Below, in pieces: positions 1 through 9,958 of a stretch of DNA of 64,000 nucleotides (position 1 is the first letter of the stretch; each line of letters begins with the position of its first letter). Source of the stretch: a virus (taxonomy: Duplodnaviria > Caudoviricetes); the IMG/VR virus record IMGVR_UViG_3300032272_000006, positions 19,754 to 83,753 of that record. One strand, given 5' to 3'. Made by a program: the position numbers and the translations under genes. The notes beneath the pieces were generated by a model. The model had not been told where the DNA came from, ran no database searches, and worked only from the letters and a program-made list of their open reading frames with translations.

Positions 1-1
1 C

Positions 2-535
2 ATGCGCGACGAGGCGAGTCGGGACTTCTGTAAGATGGTGGTCGTCGATTCCAACCACGACAACGCACTGCTAAAATGGCTGCGCGAAGGCGACTACCGG
101 AACGATCCTGTCAACGCATTGTTCTACCTTCGAAGTCAGACGGCCGTTTACGAAGCCATCGCGTCCCAGGATGCGAACTTCCACATCGTCGAGCACGTCC
201 TGCAAAGCCAAGGCGTTCCTAAGAAGGTGACGTTCCTTCGGGACGATGACTCCTTCGTTATCGCGGGATCTATCGAGTGCGGCATGCACGGGCACATAGG
301 ACCGAACGGCGCACGAGGTATGCCGCAGAACCTTTCCCGTATGGGCAAGAAAGCGAACACCGGTCACACGCATTCCGCACAGATCATAGACGGCATGTAT
401 GTTGCTGGCACTTGTTCATTGCTAAATCTCGACTATAATACAGGTCCATCTTCTTGGTCCCATTCGCATGTCGTCACATACCCGAACGGCAAGCGCGCAA
501 TCATTACCGTCTACAACGGGAAGTGGCGGGCCTAA
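2..535 (+). CDS. Calcineurin-like metallophosphoesterase-family phage protein (5' truncated by window edge)
   Basis: MHGHIG and GHTHS metal-binding-like motifs; C-terminal SSWSHSHVVTYPNGKR typical of a common phage family. Confidence 0.55.
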   Translation: MRDEASRDFCKMVVVDSNHDNALLKWLREGDYRNDPVNALFYLRSQTAVYEAIASQDANFHIVEHVLQSQGVPKKVTFLRDDDSFVIAGSIECGMHGHIGPNGARGMPQNLSRMGKKANTGHTHSAQIIDGMYVAGTCSLLNLDYNTGPSSWSHSHVVTYPNGKRAIITVYNGKWRA

Positions 536-554
536 CGTTTAAACGGAGTGCCCC

Positions 555-1037
555 ATGGCTATCACGGTAGGAACAGACACCAACCAGACCCTCGTTGAAG
601 CCGACCTTTACTGGTCAAATCGAGGCAACACCGACTGGGCAGCTCTCTCGGACGCAGATAAAGAAATCAACCTGCGCAAAGCCGCCGACTGGCTAGAACG
701 GAATTTCCGTTGGCGCGGGACGCGCAAGACGGCATCCCAGCGACTCGGGTGGCCGCGGGACCAGGCTTTCGACGAAGACAGTTTTGTCATTGGTGACACA
801 GCGGCTCCGCCCATCGTCAAAGAGGCCGAGGCAATCGTCGCTGATCTTTACCGTGCAGGCGTGAACGACCTCGAAGGCATTGTTACTGATACCGAGTCGG
901 CAGTCATCAAAGAAAAGGTTGACGTGATCGAAGTCGCTTATGACTCGACATCTCGCATCCGAGGCGCCGACGTGATCAGTCATGTCCACCTCATGCTTCG
1001 CGGTGTCGTTCTCGGCAATCAGTTGTTGAGGTCGTAA
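555..1037 (+). CDS. Head-tail adaptor (DnaT-like neck protein)
   Basis: EADLYWSNRG...LRKAADWLE...WRGTRKTASQRLGWPR pattern; first gene of neck cluster; GGAG RBS. Confidence 0.65.
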   Translation: MAITVGTDTNQTLVEADLYWSNRGNTDWAALSDADKEINLRKAADWLERNFRWRGTRKTASQRLGWPRDQAFDEDSFVIGDTAAPPIVKEAEAIVADLYRAGVNDLEGIVTDTESAVIKEKVDVIEVAYDSTSRIRGADVISHVHLMLRGVVLGNQLLRS

Positions 1038-1417
1038 TGTCTGCTTTCTACGACAACCTGCGAGACAATGTTGCCGGCCCTTTGATCACCAAGTTCGGGC
1101 GGGATGCAACGCTGCGGCAGCAAACCAACACCTACGTTCCGGCGACCGGTGTTGCCACCAACGTCAATGTTGACACCGCGGTGAAGATCGTTACTTTGCC
1201 CATGTCGAAGGCGAAAGACGTCTTTCGTGACGATCTCGTGGAATCGTTCGACCAATTTGTCATTATGTCGGCAGAGCAAACGGCAGCGGCTGCGATAGAG
1301 CCCGGTACCGATGATATCTTGGTGATCGGGTCGGAAATAAGTCGCATCGTAGCGCTGACCCCGTTAGAGCCCGACGGGACCAAGGTGATCTACAAGATCG
1401 GAATTGCGAGAGCTTAA
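1037..1417 (+). CDS. Head closure / head-tail joining protein
   Basis: Size and synteny; coupled by TAATG overlaps. Confidence 0.55.
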   Translation: MSAFYDNLRDNVAGPLITKFGRDATLRQQTNTYVPATGVATNVNVDTAVKIVTLPMSKAKDVFRDDLVESFDQFVIMSAEQTAAAAIEPGTDDILVIGSEISRIVALTPLEPDGTKVIYKIGIARA

Positions 1418-1821
1418 TGGCGGGAAAAAGCGCTACGGCGTTCAATATCGACCTAAAGAAATTCGGTGACGTGACCGAGCAGCAGGCCGGACAGATCTTC
1501 CGCAAGATTGCGCTTGATCTTGACCGTTCGGTTGTGCTTGACACGCCGGTCGATGAAGGCCGGGCGCGTGGCAACTGGTATCCCTCGATCAACAGCCCCT
1601 CGAGCGAAGTCAACGAAGACAGCAAAGGTGCGGCAGCATCTCTCGGCCGCCTCGGCGGTGTCGTCGGTGGGGCAAAGCTCGGTCAGGTAATCTGGATGAC
1701 CAACAACCTGCCCTATATCCTACCGCTCGAGAACGGGCACTCAGGACAGGCGCCTGACGGTATGGTGGAGGTCAACGTGCAAAGGGCCGCGGCAACATTC
1801 GGCGGGAGTATTGAGCGATGA
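1417..1821 (+). CDS. HK97 gp10-like tail completion protein
   Basis: TPVDEGRARGNW and NNLPYILPLENGHSGQAPDGMV motifs. Confidence 0.8.
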   Translation: MAGKSATAFNIDLKKFGDVTEQQAGQIFRKIALDLDRSVVLDTPVDEGRARGNWYPSINSPSSEVNEDSKGAAASLGRLGGVVGGAKLGQVIWMTNNLPYILPLENGHSGQAPDGMVEVNVQRAAATFGGSIER

Positions 1822-2237
1822 CTTACGAGGCACAGGACAACGCAATCAGGACTCGCTTCTCGACGCAGTACGCGCTCGGGACCAATCATCCCGTAGCATA
1901 TCCCAATGCAGAATTCTCGACGAAACCGACGGACGACGTCTGGCTTCGCTTCGTCATGCAGGACGCTGGCGCCAATCAAGTGTCGATGGGAGACCCGGGT
2001 AATAATTTCCATCGACATACCGGGTTACTTACCTTTATGATATTCACGCCTTTAAACCAAGGCGATGCTGAAGCGTTGCAGGTCGCGGATGAGGTTGCTG
2101 CTATCTTCCGGGGATGGCAGGATCCATCGTCGAGAGTTTTCTTCCGCCAGCCGCCTTTCGTTCGTCGCATTGGTGCAGATGGCAAATGGTACCAGGTAAA
2201 CTTGTTGTGCCCGTTTGAGCGCGACTCATTGTTCTAG
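1818..2237 (+). CDS. Tail terminator protein
   Basis: Synteny before tail tube; WLRF...HTGLLTFMIFTP...F pattern. Confidence 0.7.
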   Translation: MTYEAQDNAIRTRFSTQYALGTNHPVAYPNAEFSTKPTDDVWLRFVMQDAGANQVSMGDPGNNFHRHTGLLTFMIFTPLNQGDAEALQVADEVAAIFRGWQDPSSRVFFRQPPFVRRIGADGKWYQVNLLCPFERDSLF

Positions 2238-2261
2238 GCCTAGAACACAAGGAGAAAGAAA

Positions 2262-3470
2262 ATGACTTTTGCTGTTTCCAACCGAGTGGCCCTCCGATAC
2301 GTCGCGGAAGTGACGTGGGGCACGACTCCAGGAACTCCTACGCTGCTGAATCTTCGGTTCACGTCGGAGTCCCTCAACTACAATGCCGACTTCATTACCT
2401 CGGAAGAGATCCGAGCCGACCGCATGGTTCCTGATACCGTCCAGGTGTCGTCCTCGGCTGGTGGAGACATCAACGGTGAGCTGTCCTACGCCACCTACGA
2501 TGACTGGATCGAAGCCGCGATGTTCAGCACCTGGATCACGGCAGCGATTGCTGAAGGTCCGAACTCGGACGTGACCTTGACCAAGAGCGCTGGAACGCCG
2601 AACACTTGGGACATGACGTCCGCGGCTACTGCTGACTGGACGGCCATGGGTGCTGTCGAAGGTCAGATTGTCCGCGTCACTGGCTACGTGACTGCTGGCA
2701 CGTTCTACGCGCGCCTGACCGCTGCACCGACCACGCTCGTTCTTGCCATCGCGCCTTTCCAAGATATCGCCACGGAAGCCTCAGGCGCTGCGATCACGGT
2801 AACGCCTCTCGATTACGTTCGGAACGGCGTGCTCAATCGCTCGTTCACCGTGCAGAAGGAATTCTCGGATCTCACGACTCCCGAATTCTGGAACTTCACA
2901 GGCGCCCGAGTCGGTACCTTCAGTCTCGAACTTGCCACTGGGTCGATCCTCAACACCTCGTTCTCGGTGCTTGCATCGGACGCGGCGATGACCGAGACGC
3001 AGTTTGCCGGTTCCTCGATCACGGCGGCGAATACCAACACCGTCATGAACGCGGTTGACAATGTGGCGACGATCACCTTTGACAGTGACGCTGGTGGGAC
3101 TCAGTTCTTCTTCAACTCCTTGTCGATTGATCTCGACAACGCCCTCCGGGGACAGGAGGCGATTGGGACGCTGGGCTTCTTGGGTGTCGAGCCAGGCCGA
3201 ATTGCCTTGACCGGCAGCATCGAGCTCTACTTTGAGTCCTCGGCGTTGTTTGATCTGTTCCGCGCCGCTACGGCCTTCGCCCTTGACTTCCGCGTTGCCG
3301 ACCCGAGCGGCAACGAGTACGTCATCTCGATTCCGCGTGCCAAGTACACGTCAATGGACATCACGGCCGGTGGCCTTGATCAAGACATCTTCGCTTCAGC
3401 CGAGTTCGAGGTTATTATCAACTCCGCCGGAACGTATATGTACCAGATCAGCCGACGCGCTGGTCCGTAA
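2262..3470 (+). CDS. Major tail tube protein with an inserted extra domain
   Basis: LRFTSESL...SEEIRADR N-terminus; FTVQKEFSD; C-terminal tube fold; strong RBS (AGGAG). Confidence 0.85.
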   Translation: MTFAVSNRVALRYVAEVTWGTTPGTPTLLNLRFTSESLNYNADFITSEEIRADRMVPDTVQVSSSAGGDINGELSYATYDDWIEAAMFSTWITAAIAEGPNSDVTLTKSAGTPNTWDMTSAATADWTAMGAVEGQIVRVTGYVTAGTFYARLTAAPTTLVLAIAPFQDIATEASGAAITVTPLDYVRNGVLNRSFTVQKEFSDLTTPEFWNFTGARVGTFSLELATGSILNTSFSVLASDAAMTETQFAGSSITAANTNTVMNAVDNVATITFDSDAGGTQFFFNSLSIDLDNALRGQEAIGTLGFLGVEPGRIALTGSIELYFESSALFDLFRAATAFALDFRVADPSGNEYVISIPRAKYTSMDITAGGLDQDIFASAEFEVIINSAGTYMYQISRRAGP

Positions 3471-3504
3471 GATCCGAAGGATCCCGAACATCCTGCGCAG
3501 GATT

Positions 3505-3539
3505 GGGAGGCGGTGGTCGGGTCGCCGCCTCCCTTCTCT
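3505..3539 (+). terminator. Intrinsic terminator or attenuator after the tail tube gene
   Basis: GGGAGGCGGTG/CGCCGCCTCCC stem followed by TTCTCT. Confidence 0.55.
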
Positions 3540-3559
3540 AACCCGACTGGAGTCAATAT

Positions 3560-3991
3560 ATGTTTGACCTTAACTCTCTACGAACGAACGAAGACCTCGA
3601 AAATTCCGGTGTCTGGCGAGAGCTCGGCAACGGAGCAAAGCTGCTTCTTGCCCGCCTCGGCAACGCCGAATTCTCGAAAATGTTTGCCGAACTGGTGCAG
3701 CCGTATGCCGAGACAGGAACGAAGGTTCCGGTTGACGTGCAGAAGGAAGTGTCGGTCAAATGCCTCGCCCGTACCGTATTGCTCGGCTGGGAAGGCATCT
3801 TCGACGGCGAGACGCCGTTGGAATACTCATACGACAATGCTGTCCGCGTCCTGACCGAGATCAAGGATTTCCGGGAACTCGTCTTGAAGCTGGCAGCCGA
3901 CCTCGACGCCTACAAGGACAAGAAGGACGAGGAGCTGGTGGGAAACTCTCCGAGTGCGTCGGATGGCTCACCCAGTTTGGAGACAAACTAG
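3560..3991 (+). CDS. Tail assembly chaperone (lambda gpG-like)
   Basis: Between tube and tape measure; LARTVLLGWEGI motif. Confidence 0.85.
   Translation: MFDLNSLRTNEDLENSGVWRELGNGAKLLLARLGNAEFSKMFAELVQPYAETGTKVPVDVQKEVSVKCLARTVLLGWEGIFDGETPLEYSYDNAVRVLTEIKDFRELVLKLAADLDAYKDKKDEELVGNSPSASDGSPSLETN
3940..3946 (+). other. -1 programmed ribosomal frameshift site G GGA AAC
   Basis: XXXYYYZ heptamer in the correct phase of the chaperone ORF; the -1 frame is open to 4350; TCCGA/TCGGA hairpin just downstream. Confidence 0.8.
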
Positions 3992-4350
3992 AGACGCTCG
4001 AGAAGATCAAAAGCATGGGTGGTAAGGCACCGCCCATGCTCGCGAGCCAGCCGAAACTTCTCGCCGAAGCACAACCATTCTTCCAAGCCTTCTGTCGACT
4101 TCAAGGCTCAAGGCGCCCCGGGTATAACGAAATCGGCGCTATACCAATGTCGGAGATTTCTTCCTACTTCGACGTGTTCCGAATTAACAACCTCGACATG
4201 CGAGACCGTTATGTTAAACTAATCACTGCCTGTGATAGGGCCTACTTAGAAGCCCAGGAGAAGAAAAGTGGCACAGGAAACAAGTCTAAGGGTAGGAGTG
4301 GACAGCCGGCCGGCGGAACAGGGCGTCCGCCGAGCGCGAGGAGCGCTTAA
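3940..4350 (+). CDS. Frameshifted extension of tail chaperone (gpGT-like C-terminal part)
   Basis: -1 frame reads GKLSECVGWLTQFGDK...FCRLQGSRRPGYNEIGAIPMSEI, typical of gpT-like segments. Confidence 0.75.
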   Translation, partial: GKLSECVGWLTQFGDKLETLEKIKSMGGKAPPMLASQPKLLAEAQPFFQAFCRLQGSRRPGYNEIGAIPMSEISSYFDVFRINNLDMRDRYVKLITACDRAYLEAQEKKSGTGNKSKGRSGQPAGGTGRPPSARSA

Positions 4351-6997
4351 AGGTCTACAATCCGAAGCCCGGAAGACAGAAACCCAATTTCAGAAACTGC
4401 AGAATTCCTTGGGCGGGTTCCGCACGCTTTTTGCTGGGATTGGGGTGGGCCTTGTCGCGCGAGAATTTGCGCAGCTCCTAGATTCCACTACCAACATCGA
4501 CAACCGACTAAAGCTGGTGACGAAGACAGGCGGCGAAGTCAACGCTATCTTCTCAGAGCTGTCTGCTATCTCACGCGAAACCCGGACGGGTCTCGAGGCG
4601 AATGCCAACCTGTTCAATCGCATGGCGCTGGCGACGAAAGAGCTGGGATTGACGTTCCGGGAGCAGCTTGACCTCACCAAGGGTCTGAACCAAGCCCTCG
4701 TCATCTCCGGCGCAAGCGCGGCGGAGGGCGGTGCTGGCCTGATCCAGTTATCCCAGGGCCTTGCTGCGGGCGCTCTGCGCGGCGACGAACTGCGTTCTGT
4801 GCTGGAGGGCCTGCCGAAGGTCGCGGATGTTATCGCGCAAGGCTTGGGCGTCACTCGTGGTGAATTGCGGGAGCTGGGCGAGCAGGGCAAGATCAGCGCG
4901 AAGGCGGTCGTCGATGCGTTCAAGAAGGCCGCACCTGAACTCGAAAAGGAGTTCGCTAAGATTGCACCAACCATCGAGTCGGCCTTCACGGTCCTCAGCA
5001 ATGCAGCCATCGAGTTCACTCGCAAATTGAATACCGCGACGGGCGTAGGCGGCGGCTTTGCCAAGGTCATCCTTGGCCTCGCTGACAACTTCAACGTCCT
5101 CGCGTCGGTCGCGGCTGGCTTCGCAGTCATCCTTGCCGGCGTTGTCACCAAGGCAGTCATCGGGTTCGGTGTCGCACTCGCGGCAAACCCAATCGGCCTC
5201 GCTATCATTGCGGTAGGTGCGCTATCAGCGGCACTCGGCATCTTCGGTGACACGACGTCCGAGGTAGCGGGCATGACGGTCACGGGTTGGCAGCAAATTG
5301 AGGCCGCGGTCGTGACTGCTTGGGGCTTCATCAAGCCAATCTTTGACACATGGAAAAAGGTGTTCACCGAGATTGGGGGTTCCGTCAGCGGCTTTGCTAA
5401 AGGAATGAAAGTCGACCTAAGTGGCGTTGCTGACTTCATGAAGGGCTGGGCATCAATCGTCCTAGGCATCATGGGTGCCGTGCCCAAGTCAATTCTCGTG
5501 GTATTCGACAACCTTCCGGATGGGATTGAAGCCGTCCTTAAGCAAACCATAAACAAGTTCCTCGACTTCCGACGCTTCATCCTCGACAAGATCGGAGCCA
5601 TCCCGGGCGCGATTGCTCGCATCTTCGGGCAGGACGAAATCGCCAATTCACTCGACAAGACAGCGGGCAAGCTTGGTGCCGCACTTGACGTTCCGCGACT
5701 CAAGCTGACTGACGGCGCTCAAGAAACTTCTGACAAGTTGAAAGCGATATGGACGGATGCGTTCCGCACCGACCGGCTCGACAACTTCGGGGACTCCTAC
5801 GAGAACAACTTGGCAAAGATCGTCGCGTCCGACAACGCCGCGCAGGCCTCGGCTGATCTGCTTAAGAACAAGTTCGGCGAACTCAATGCGAAGATGAAAG
5901 AGAACGCCGAGATCGTCAAGGCGCGGGAGAAGTTCGTCAAAAAGATGCAGGCCGACTTTGACAAGTTGCGCGAGGCGACGGGACGCGCGACCGAGGTCAC
6001 CAAGGAATGGGCCGACAAACAGATTGCCGAATTGAAGCGCTTGGGACTCGAGAACACGAAATACGCCGCCCAGTTCGAAGAGCTCTTGCTCAATCGTGTC
6101 CAAGCCGCGCGACTCAAGGACCTTGAGAACAATCAGGCATGGGCGCTGGGTCTCACAGAAACCCAACGCGGTGTTGCGGAGTCGATCAGGTCCGAGTACG
6201 AGACCATTCGAAGCGCGCGAGGCGAGAACGTTGCCCAGTTGAATGAGTGGGCAGAGATGGAGCGCGCCAAGCTGCGGGAGTTGGGGCTCGAGAACAGCAT
6301 CTTCGCTCAGCAGGTAGAGGAAATCTACGCGAGCCGATTGCCTGAGGCGCGTCGTGCAGACATCAATTCGGCAACGGACGCTGTTGGCGGCATCAAGCAG
6401 GCGATGCTCGAATATACCGACTCAGTGGGAACCGCTGCTGATCAGACGAAGAAACTCTTTACCGACGCCTTCAAGGGCGCAGAAGACGCGCTGGTCACTT
6501 TCGTTAAGACGGGCAAGCTCGATTTCCAGAGCCTCGTTGACTCGATGATCGAGGACCTCATCCGTCTCGGCATTCAGCAGGCAATCACTGCCGCAATCGG
6601 CGGCATTGGTGGAGGCATCGGAGGCGGTGGCGGTGGAGGCGGCATTGGTGGAATCGTCACCTCATTGATTGGCGGACTATTCAAGGAGGGCGGGTTGTCA
6701 ACCAATCCGCTTTCGAGTACAATGGCTCCTGCTAGCGCGTTTAAAGGCGCGCCTCACTTTGAGACCGGCGGCGTCACGGGCGGGATGCCAGCCATCCTCC
6801 ACAAGAACGAAGCCGTCATTCCGCTTTCCAAAGGACGTAAGGTTCCAGTCGATATGGGTCAACAGGGTAAGCAGGGAGACAACATCGTTAACTACAACAT
6901 CACCACGTCCGATGCTGACTCATTCAAGCGCTCACAAGATCAGATTACTGCTCGCGCCTCGCGCGGCCTGCAGCGCGCAAACCGTAGGAACAACTAA
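4268..6997 (+). CDS. Tape measure protein (909 aa)
   Basis: N-terminal tape-measure domain (QLSQGLAAGALRGDELRSVLE), hydrophobic central region, lambda-like C-terminus (GKLDFQSLVDSMIEDL; HKNEAVIPL); GTG start. Confidence 0.95.
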   Translation: MAQETSLRVGVDSRPAEQGVRRARGALKGLQSEARKTETQFQKLQNSLGGFRTLFAGIGVGLVAREFAQLLDSTTNIDNRLKLVTKTGGEVNAIFSELSAISRETRTGLEANANLFNRMALATKELGLTFREQLDLTKGLNQALVISGASAAEGGAGLIQLSQGLAAGALRGDELRSVLEGLPKVADVIAQGLGVTRGELRELGEQGKISAKAVVDAFKKAAPELEKEFAKIAPTIESAFTVLSNAAIEFTRKLNTATGVGGGFAKVILGLADNFNVLASVAAGFAVILAGVVTKAVIGFGVALAANPIGLAIIAVGALSAALGIFGDTTSEVAGMTVTGWQQIEAAVVTAWGFIKPIFDTWKKVFTEIGGSVSGFAKGMKVDLSGVADFMKGWASIVLGIMGAVPKSILVVFDNLPDGIEAVLKQTINKFLDFRRFILDKIGAIPGAIARIFGQDEIANSLDKTAGKLGAALDVPRLKLTDGAQETSDKLKAIWTDAFRTDRLDNFGDSYENNLAKIVASDNAAQASADLLKNKFGELNAKMKENAEIVKAREKFVKKMQADFDKLREATGRATEVTKEWADKQIAELKRLGLENTKYAAQFEELLLNRVQAARLKDLENNQAWALGLTETQRGVAESIRSEYETIRSARGENVAQLNEWAEMERAKLRELGLENSIFAQQVEEIYASRLPEARRADINSATDAVGGIKQAMLEYTDSVGTAADQTKKLFTDAFKGAEDALVTFVKTGKLDFQSLVDSMIEDLIRLGIQQAITAAIGGIGGGIGGGGGGGGIGGIVTSLIGGLFKEGGLSTNPLSSTMAPASAFKGAPHFETGGVTGGMPAILHKNEAVIPLSKGRKVPVDMGQQGKQGDNIVNYNITTSDADSFKRSQDQITARASRGLQRANRRNN

Positions 6998-7674
6998 TGG
7001 CTTTCATCGACGAACGCTTGCCCGTCAACATTGAGCGAAATTCCGACTACGGTCTCGGCTTCAAGACGACCGTCCTCGAATTGGAATCCGGCTTCGAGCA
7101 GCGGAACAAAGACTGGTCGGTCGTCAAAGGCAAAGGCGACGTTGGGTACTCAATTCAGAGCTCCGACAACTTGAAAGAGGTCCGAAATCACTTTATGGTC
7201 ATGAATGGCAAGTTCAACACCTACCCCTTCAAAGACTGGTTTGACTACGAGGTCGGTGATCCAGCGGACGCCGTCGCGACCAAGCAATTGATTGCTCTCG
7301 GCGACGACGCGACGACGACTTTCCAAGCGTTCAAGACCTACACGTTCGGAGTCGGCGGATACAACCGGTCGATTGTCTTGCCGATCCTGACGACATGCCG
7401 CGCGTGGCAGGATGCCGTAGAACTGACTCGTGTTACGGGCGCGCCCGGGGCAGGTCAATTCCGCATCACTCGCCCAGGCGGTGTGATCACCACCGGTGAC
7501 GTGTTCGCTTCTACCGGCGGCTCGGGCCCTGGAGGCGAAGAAGTCTTGTCCTTGATCTGCGAGTATGACAACTACATCCGCTACGACCTCGACCGCCTCA
7601 TGCCACAACTTGAGTGGGAGGGCGCAGGTTCGATCCCACAGATTCCAATCACTGAAGTGCGGTACACGCCATGA
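6997..7674 (+). CDS. Distal tail protein (DUF2460 / GTA g12-like)
   Basis: FIDERLP...GFKTTVLELESGFEQRNKDW pattern. Confidence 0.85.
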   Translation: MAFIDERLPVNIERNSDYGLGFKTTVLELESGFEQRNKDWSVVKGKGDVGYSIQSSDNLKEVRNHFMVMNGKFNTYPFKDWFDYEVGDPADAVATKQLIALGDDATTTFQAFKTYTFGVGGYNRSIVLPILTTCRAWQDAVELTRVTGAPGAGQFRITRPGGVITTGDVFASTGGSGPGGEEVLSLICEYDNYIRYDLDRLMPQLEWEGAGSIPQIPITEVRYTP

Positions 7675-9521
7675 AGACAGCAACCGCTGGTCTCAATACT
7701 CATATCCAGCAAGAGGCAACGACCCTCGCGCAGTTCTGGAAAGTTCGTCGCACGGACGGCACACTGTTTGCCTTCACGTCGCACGATCAAGACCTGCTTA
7801 TTGACACAGGCGACGGAGACGGCGAACTCACCTACGAGGCGGAGACATCGTTTAAACGGTCCGCAATAGCTAACAACGACCTGCTCTCGGTGGACAATCT
7901 CGACGTTGAGGGACTCCTACGATCAGACAAGATTGGCGAGACCGAATTGCGGCGCGGCCTGTTCGACTTCGCTGAGGTTTGGGTCTTCATCGCGAATTAT
8001 GAGACCCTGTCGGACGGATTTGTGCGCATGAGGCGCGGCTGGTTTGGTGAGGTCACGATCACGCCGAACGGTGTATTCCAAACCGAATTGCGTGGCATGA
8101 CTCAGGTCTTGGCTCGCGTTCGTTCGCGCGTCTACAATGTAGAGTGCGAGTATGACTTGGGAGACACTGGCTGCGGTGTACCAATCAGTCCTGACGTACT
8201 ACCAACAGGCACCTCAGTTGCCGTCGGCACGACGTGGAAGGTTCCGCTTTCCCCACCCTTGGAAGAGTGCCGCGTTATTGGCATGAACTTCGAAGGCGCC
8301 AATGGTTCGACTTCGGGTGTTGGATACGACAATATTAGTGGTTCCGCTTTCGGGATCGGTCAGCCAGACACTCGCGTCGGCGGGCAGAACATCGACACAA
8401 GCCAAGCCCCGCGAGGCGCTGGGTCCTCCTCCTCTTTGTTCCTTGACGGCTCAAATGACTACCTCGAGTGGCTAACCAATCCCGCTTTCGATATTTCCGA
8501 CACCTCGGAAGAAGTCAATTTGCAATTCAGCTTCCGACCTAATGCCATCGGCGTCAATCACTGGATCTTTAGTGACTACACCAGCACATCTAACGGGCGC
8601 GTCTTCATCATGGGCGTAAGGTCGGCTGCCAACGTGTTCACGTTTGAACTTTACCAGAGTGACGGGGCTACCTTAGACTTCGCGATAGTCGGCACGACGG
8701 TCATTGCTGTAGGCACCGACTACCACGTTTCAGTCTCTCGCGACTCAGTAGGGGACTGGCGGCTGTTCGTTAATGGCGTCCAAGAAGGCGCAACCGCGAC
8801 GCCAACGAGCACCCCGCACCCTAACGAAAATGATCTCCGCATTGGCGCGATTTACTCAGGTGGCACCCTCTCAACGACCCACGGCTGGATCGACTGCGTA
8901 GAAATGCTGGTAGGCGCGGCTCGATGGACGGCCGGTTTCACGCCGCCCACTGACCTTTTCGTAGAACCCCAGACGGCGTTTGCTTATAACGAACTCACCG
9001 AGAACGACTTCATCGTCACGGTTGCAGGCACGACGGGCAATTGCTTAGAGATACCTGACGAGACAATTCCGAATACTCACGCCCAAGGCGGCGCAACACT
9101 GCAGGCCGTCGAGCCATGGTCGCGTCGAATTGAAGTGACCGCCGTTGGGGCGGACGCGCGTCGAGATTTCACCGTCACCGAATTGACTCCGAACAGCGGT
9201 GGCGTGATTGAGGGCAAGGACTTCTTCCCGGATGACTCGCTGAATGGAGGCGTGGTATTCTGGCTGACGGGCGACAACGCAGGCCGCGGGATGGAGGTCA
9301 AGGACTTCGTTGCGGATGATGGCATCACGATCACCCAGGACCTGAGCCTGTTCCTTCAGATGCCTTTCGACATTGCTATTGGAGACATCGCGACTGTCTA
9401 CCGCGGGTGTGATAAGTCCCGCGCGACGTGCCGCGACATCTTCGCGAATGCCAGTAGGTTCGGCGGGTTCCCAGACATTCCCGGGCAGCAGATCTTCTCC
9501 TATCCGAATGCTAAGTCATGA
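7671..9521 (+). CDS. Baseplate hub protein (DUF2163/BR0599, GTA g13-like) with inserted LamG-like domain
   Basis: N-terminal LAQFWKVRRTDGTLFAFTSHDQDL; CEYDLGDTGC; C-terminal GCDKSRATCRDIFANASRFGGFP; central LamG-like block. Confidence 0.85.
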   Translation: MKTATAGLNTHIQQEATTLAQFWKVRRTDGTLFAFTSHDQDLLIDTGDGDGELTYEAETSFKRSAIANNDLLSVDNLDVEGLLRSDKIGETELRRGLFDFAEVWVFIANYETLSDGFVRMRRGWFGEVTITPNGVFQTELRGMTQVLARVRSRVYNVECEYDLGDTGCGVPISPDVLPTGTSVAVGTTWKVPLSPPLEECRVIGMNFEGANGSTSGVGYDNISGSAFGIGQPDTRVGGQNIDTSQAPRGAGSSSSLFLDGSNDYLEWLTNPAFDISDTSEEVNLQFSFRPNAIGVNHWIFSDYTSTSNGRVFIMGVRSAANVFTFELYQSDGATLDFAIVGTTVIAVGTDYHVSVSRDSVGDWRLFVNGVQEGATATPTSTPHPNENDLRIGAIYSGGTLSTTHGWIDCVEMLVGAARWTAGFTPPTDLFVEPQTAFAYNELTENDFIVTVAGTTGNCLEIPDETIPNTHAQGGATLQAVEPWSRRIEVTAVGADARRDFTVTELTPNSGGVIEGKDFFPDDSLNGGVVFWLTGDNAGRGMEVKDFVADDGITITQDLSLFLQMPFDIAIGDIATVYRGCDKSRATCRDIFANASRFGGFPDIPGQQIFSYPNAKS

Positions 9522-9955
9522 CCATACAAGAACAAATGATCGTTGAAGCGAAGAAGCTAATTGGCGTTCGATATAAGGACAAAGGGCGAGACGAGCACGG
9601 CCTCGATTGTGCGGGCCTCCTGATACTGGTTGCGCATCGCCTCGGATTGTCCGATTATGACTCGTTGGATTATACGCGGCGACCCATCGAAGCAGAGATG
9701 CGCCGCGAGATGAAGAAGATTCCTCAGATCAAAATCCTCGAGAATAAATGGGATTGGCAGAACGGCGACCTAGGAGTCTTCGCTGACGAAGGCAACGCAG
9801 TTCATCTAGGCTTCCTCGAAGTCGATCAAGGCCGCTGGTACCTAATTCACGCCTGGGCGCGCGCTCACAAAGTTGTCCGTTCCGAGACGTCGCGCGAAGT
9901 CCTCGAGCATGATAAGAAACTAAGACTGCGCCGAGTATACCGGTACACAGGATAA
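9518..9955 (+). CDS. NlpC/P60 tail-associated peptidase
   Basis: GRDEHGLDCAGL catalytic Cys, HLG and IHA His motifs. Confidence 0.9.
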   Translation: MTIQEQMIVEAKKLIGVRYKDKGRDEHGLDCAGLLILVAHRLGLSDYDSLDYTRRPIEAEMRREMKKIPQIKILENKWDWQNGDLGVFADEGNAVHLGFLEVDQGRWYLIHAWARAHKVVRSETSREVLEHDKKLRLRRVYRYTG

Positions 9956-9958
9956 GCC

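Noticed and set aside
4390-5703. 437-aa antisense ORF, and many other long overlapping or antisense ORFs in the track (e.g. 29057-29833, 53166-53930, 56332-57078)
   Set aside because: Shadow ORFs expected from GC-rich codon bias opposite real genes; no RBS or recognisable motifs
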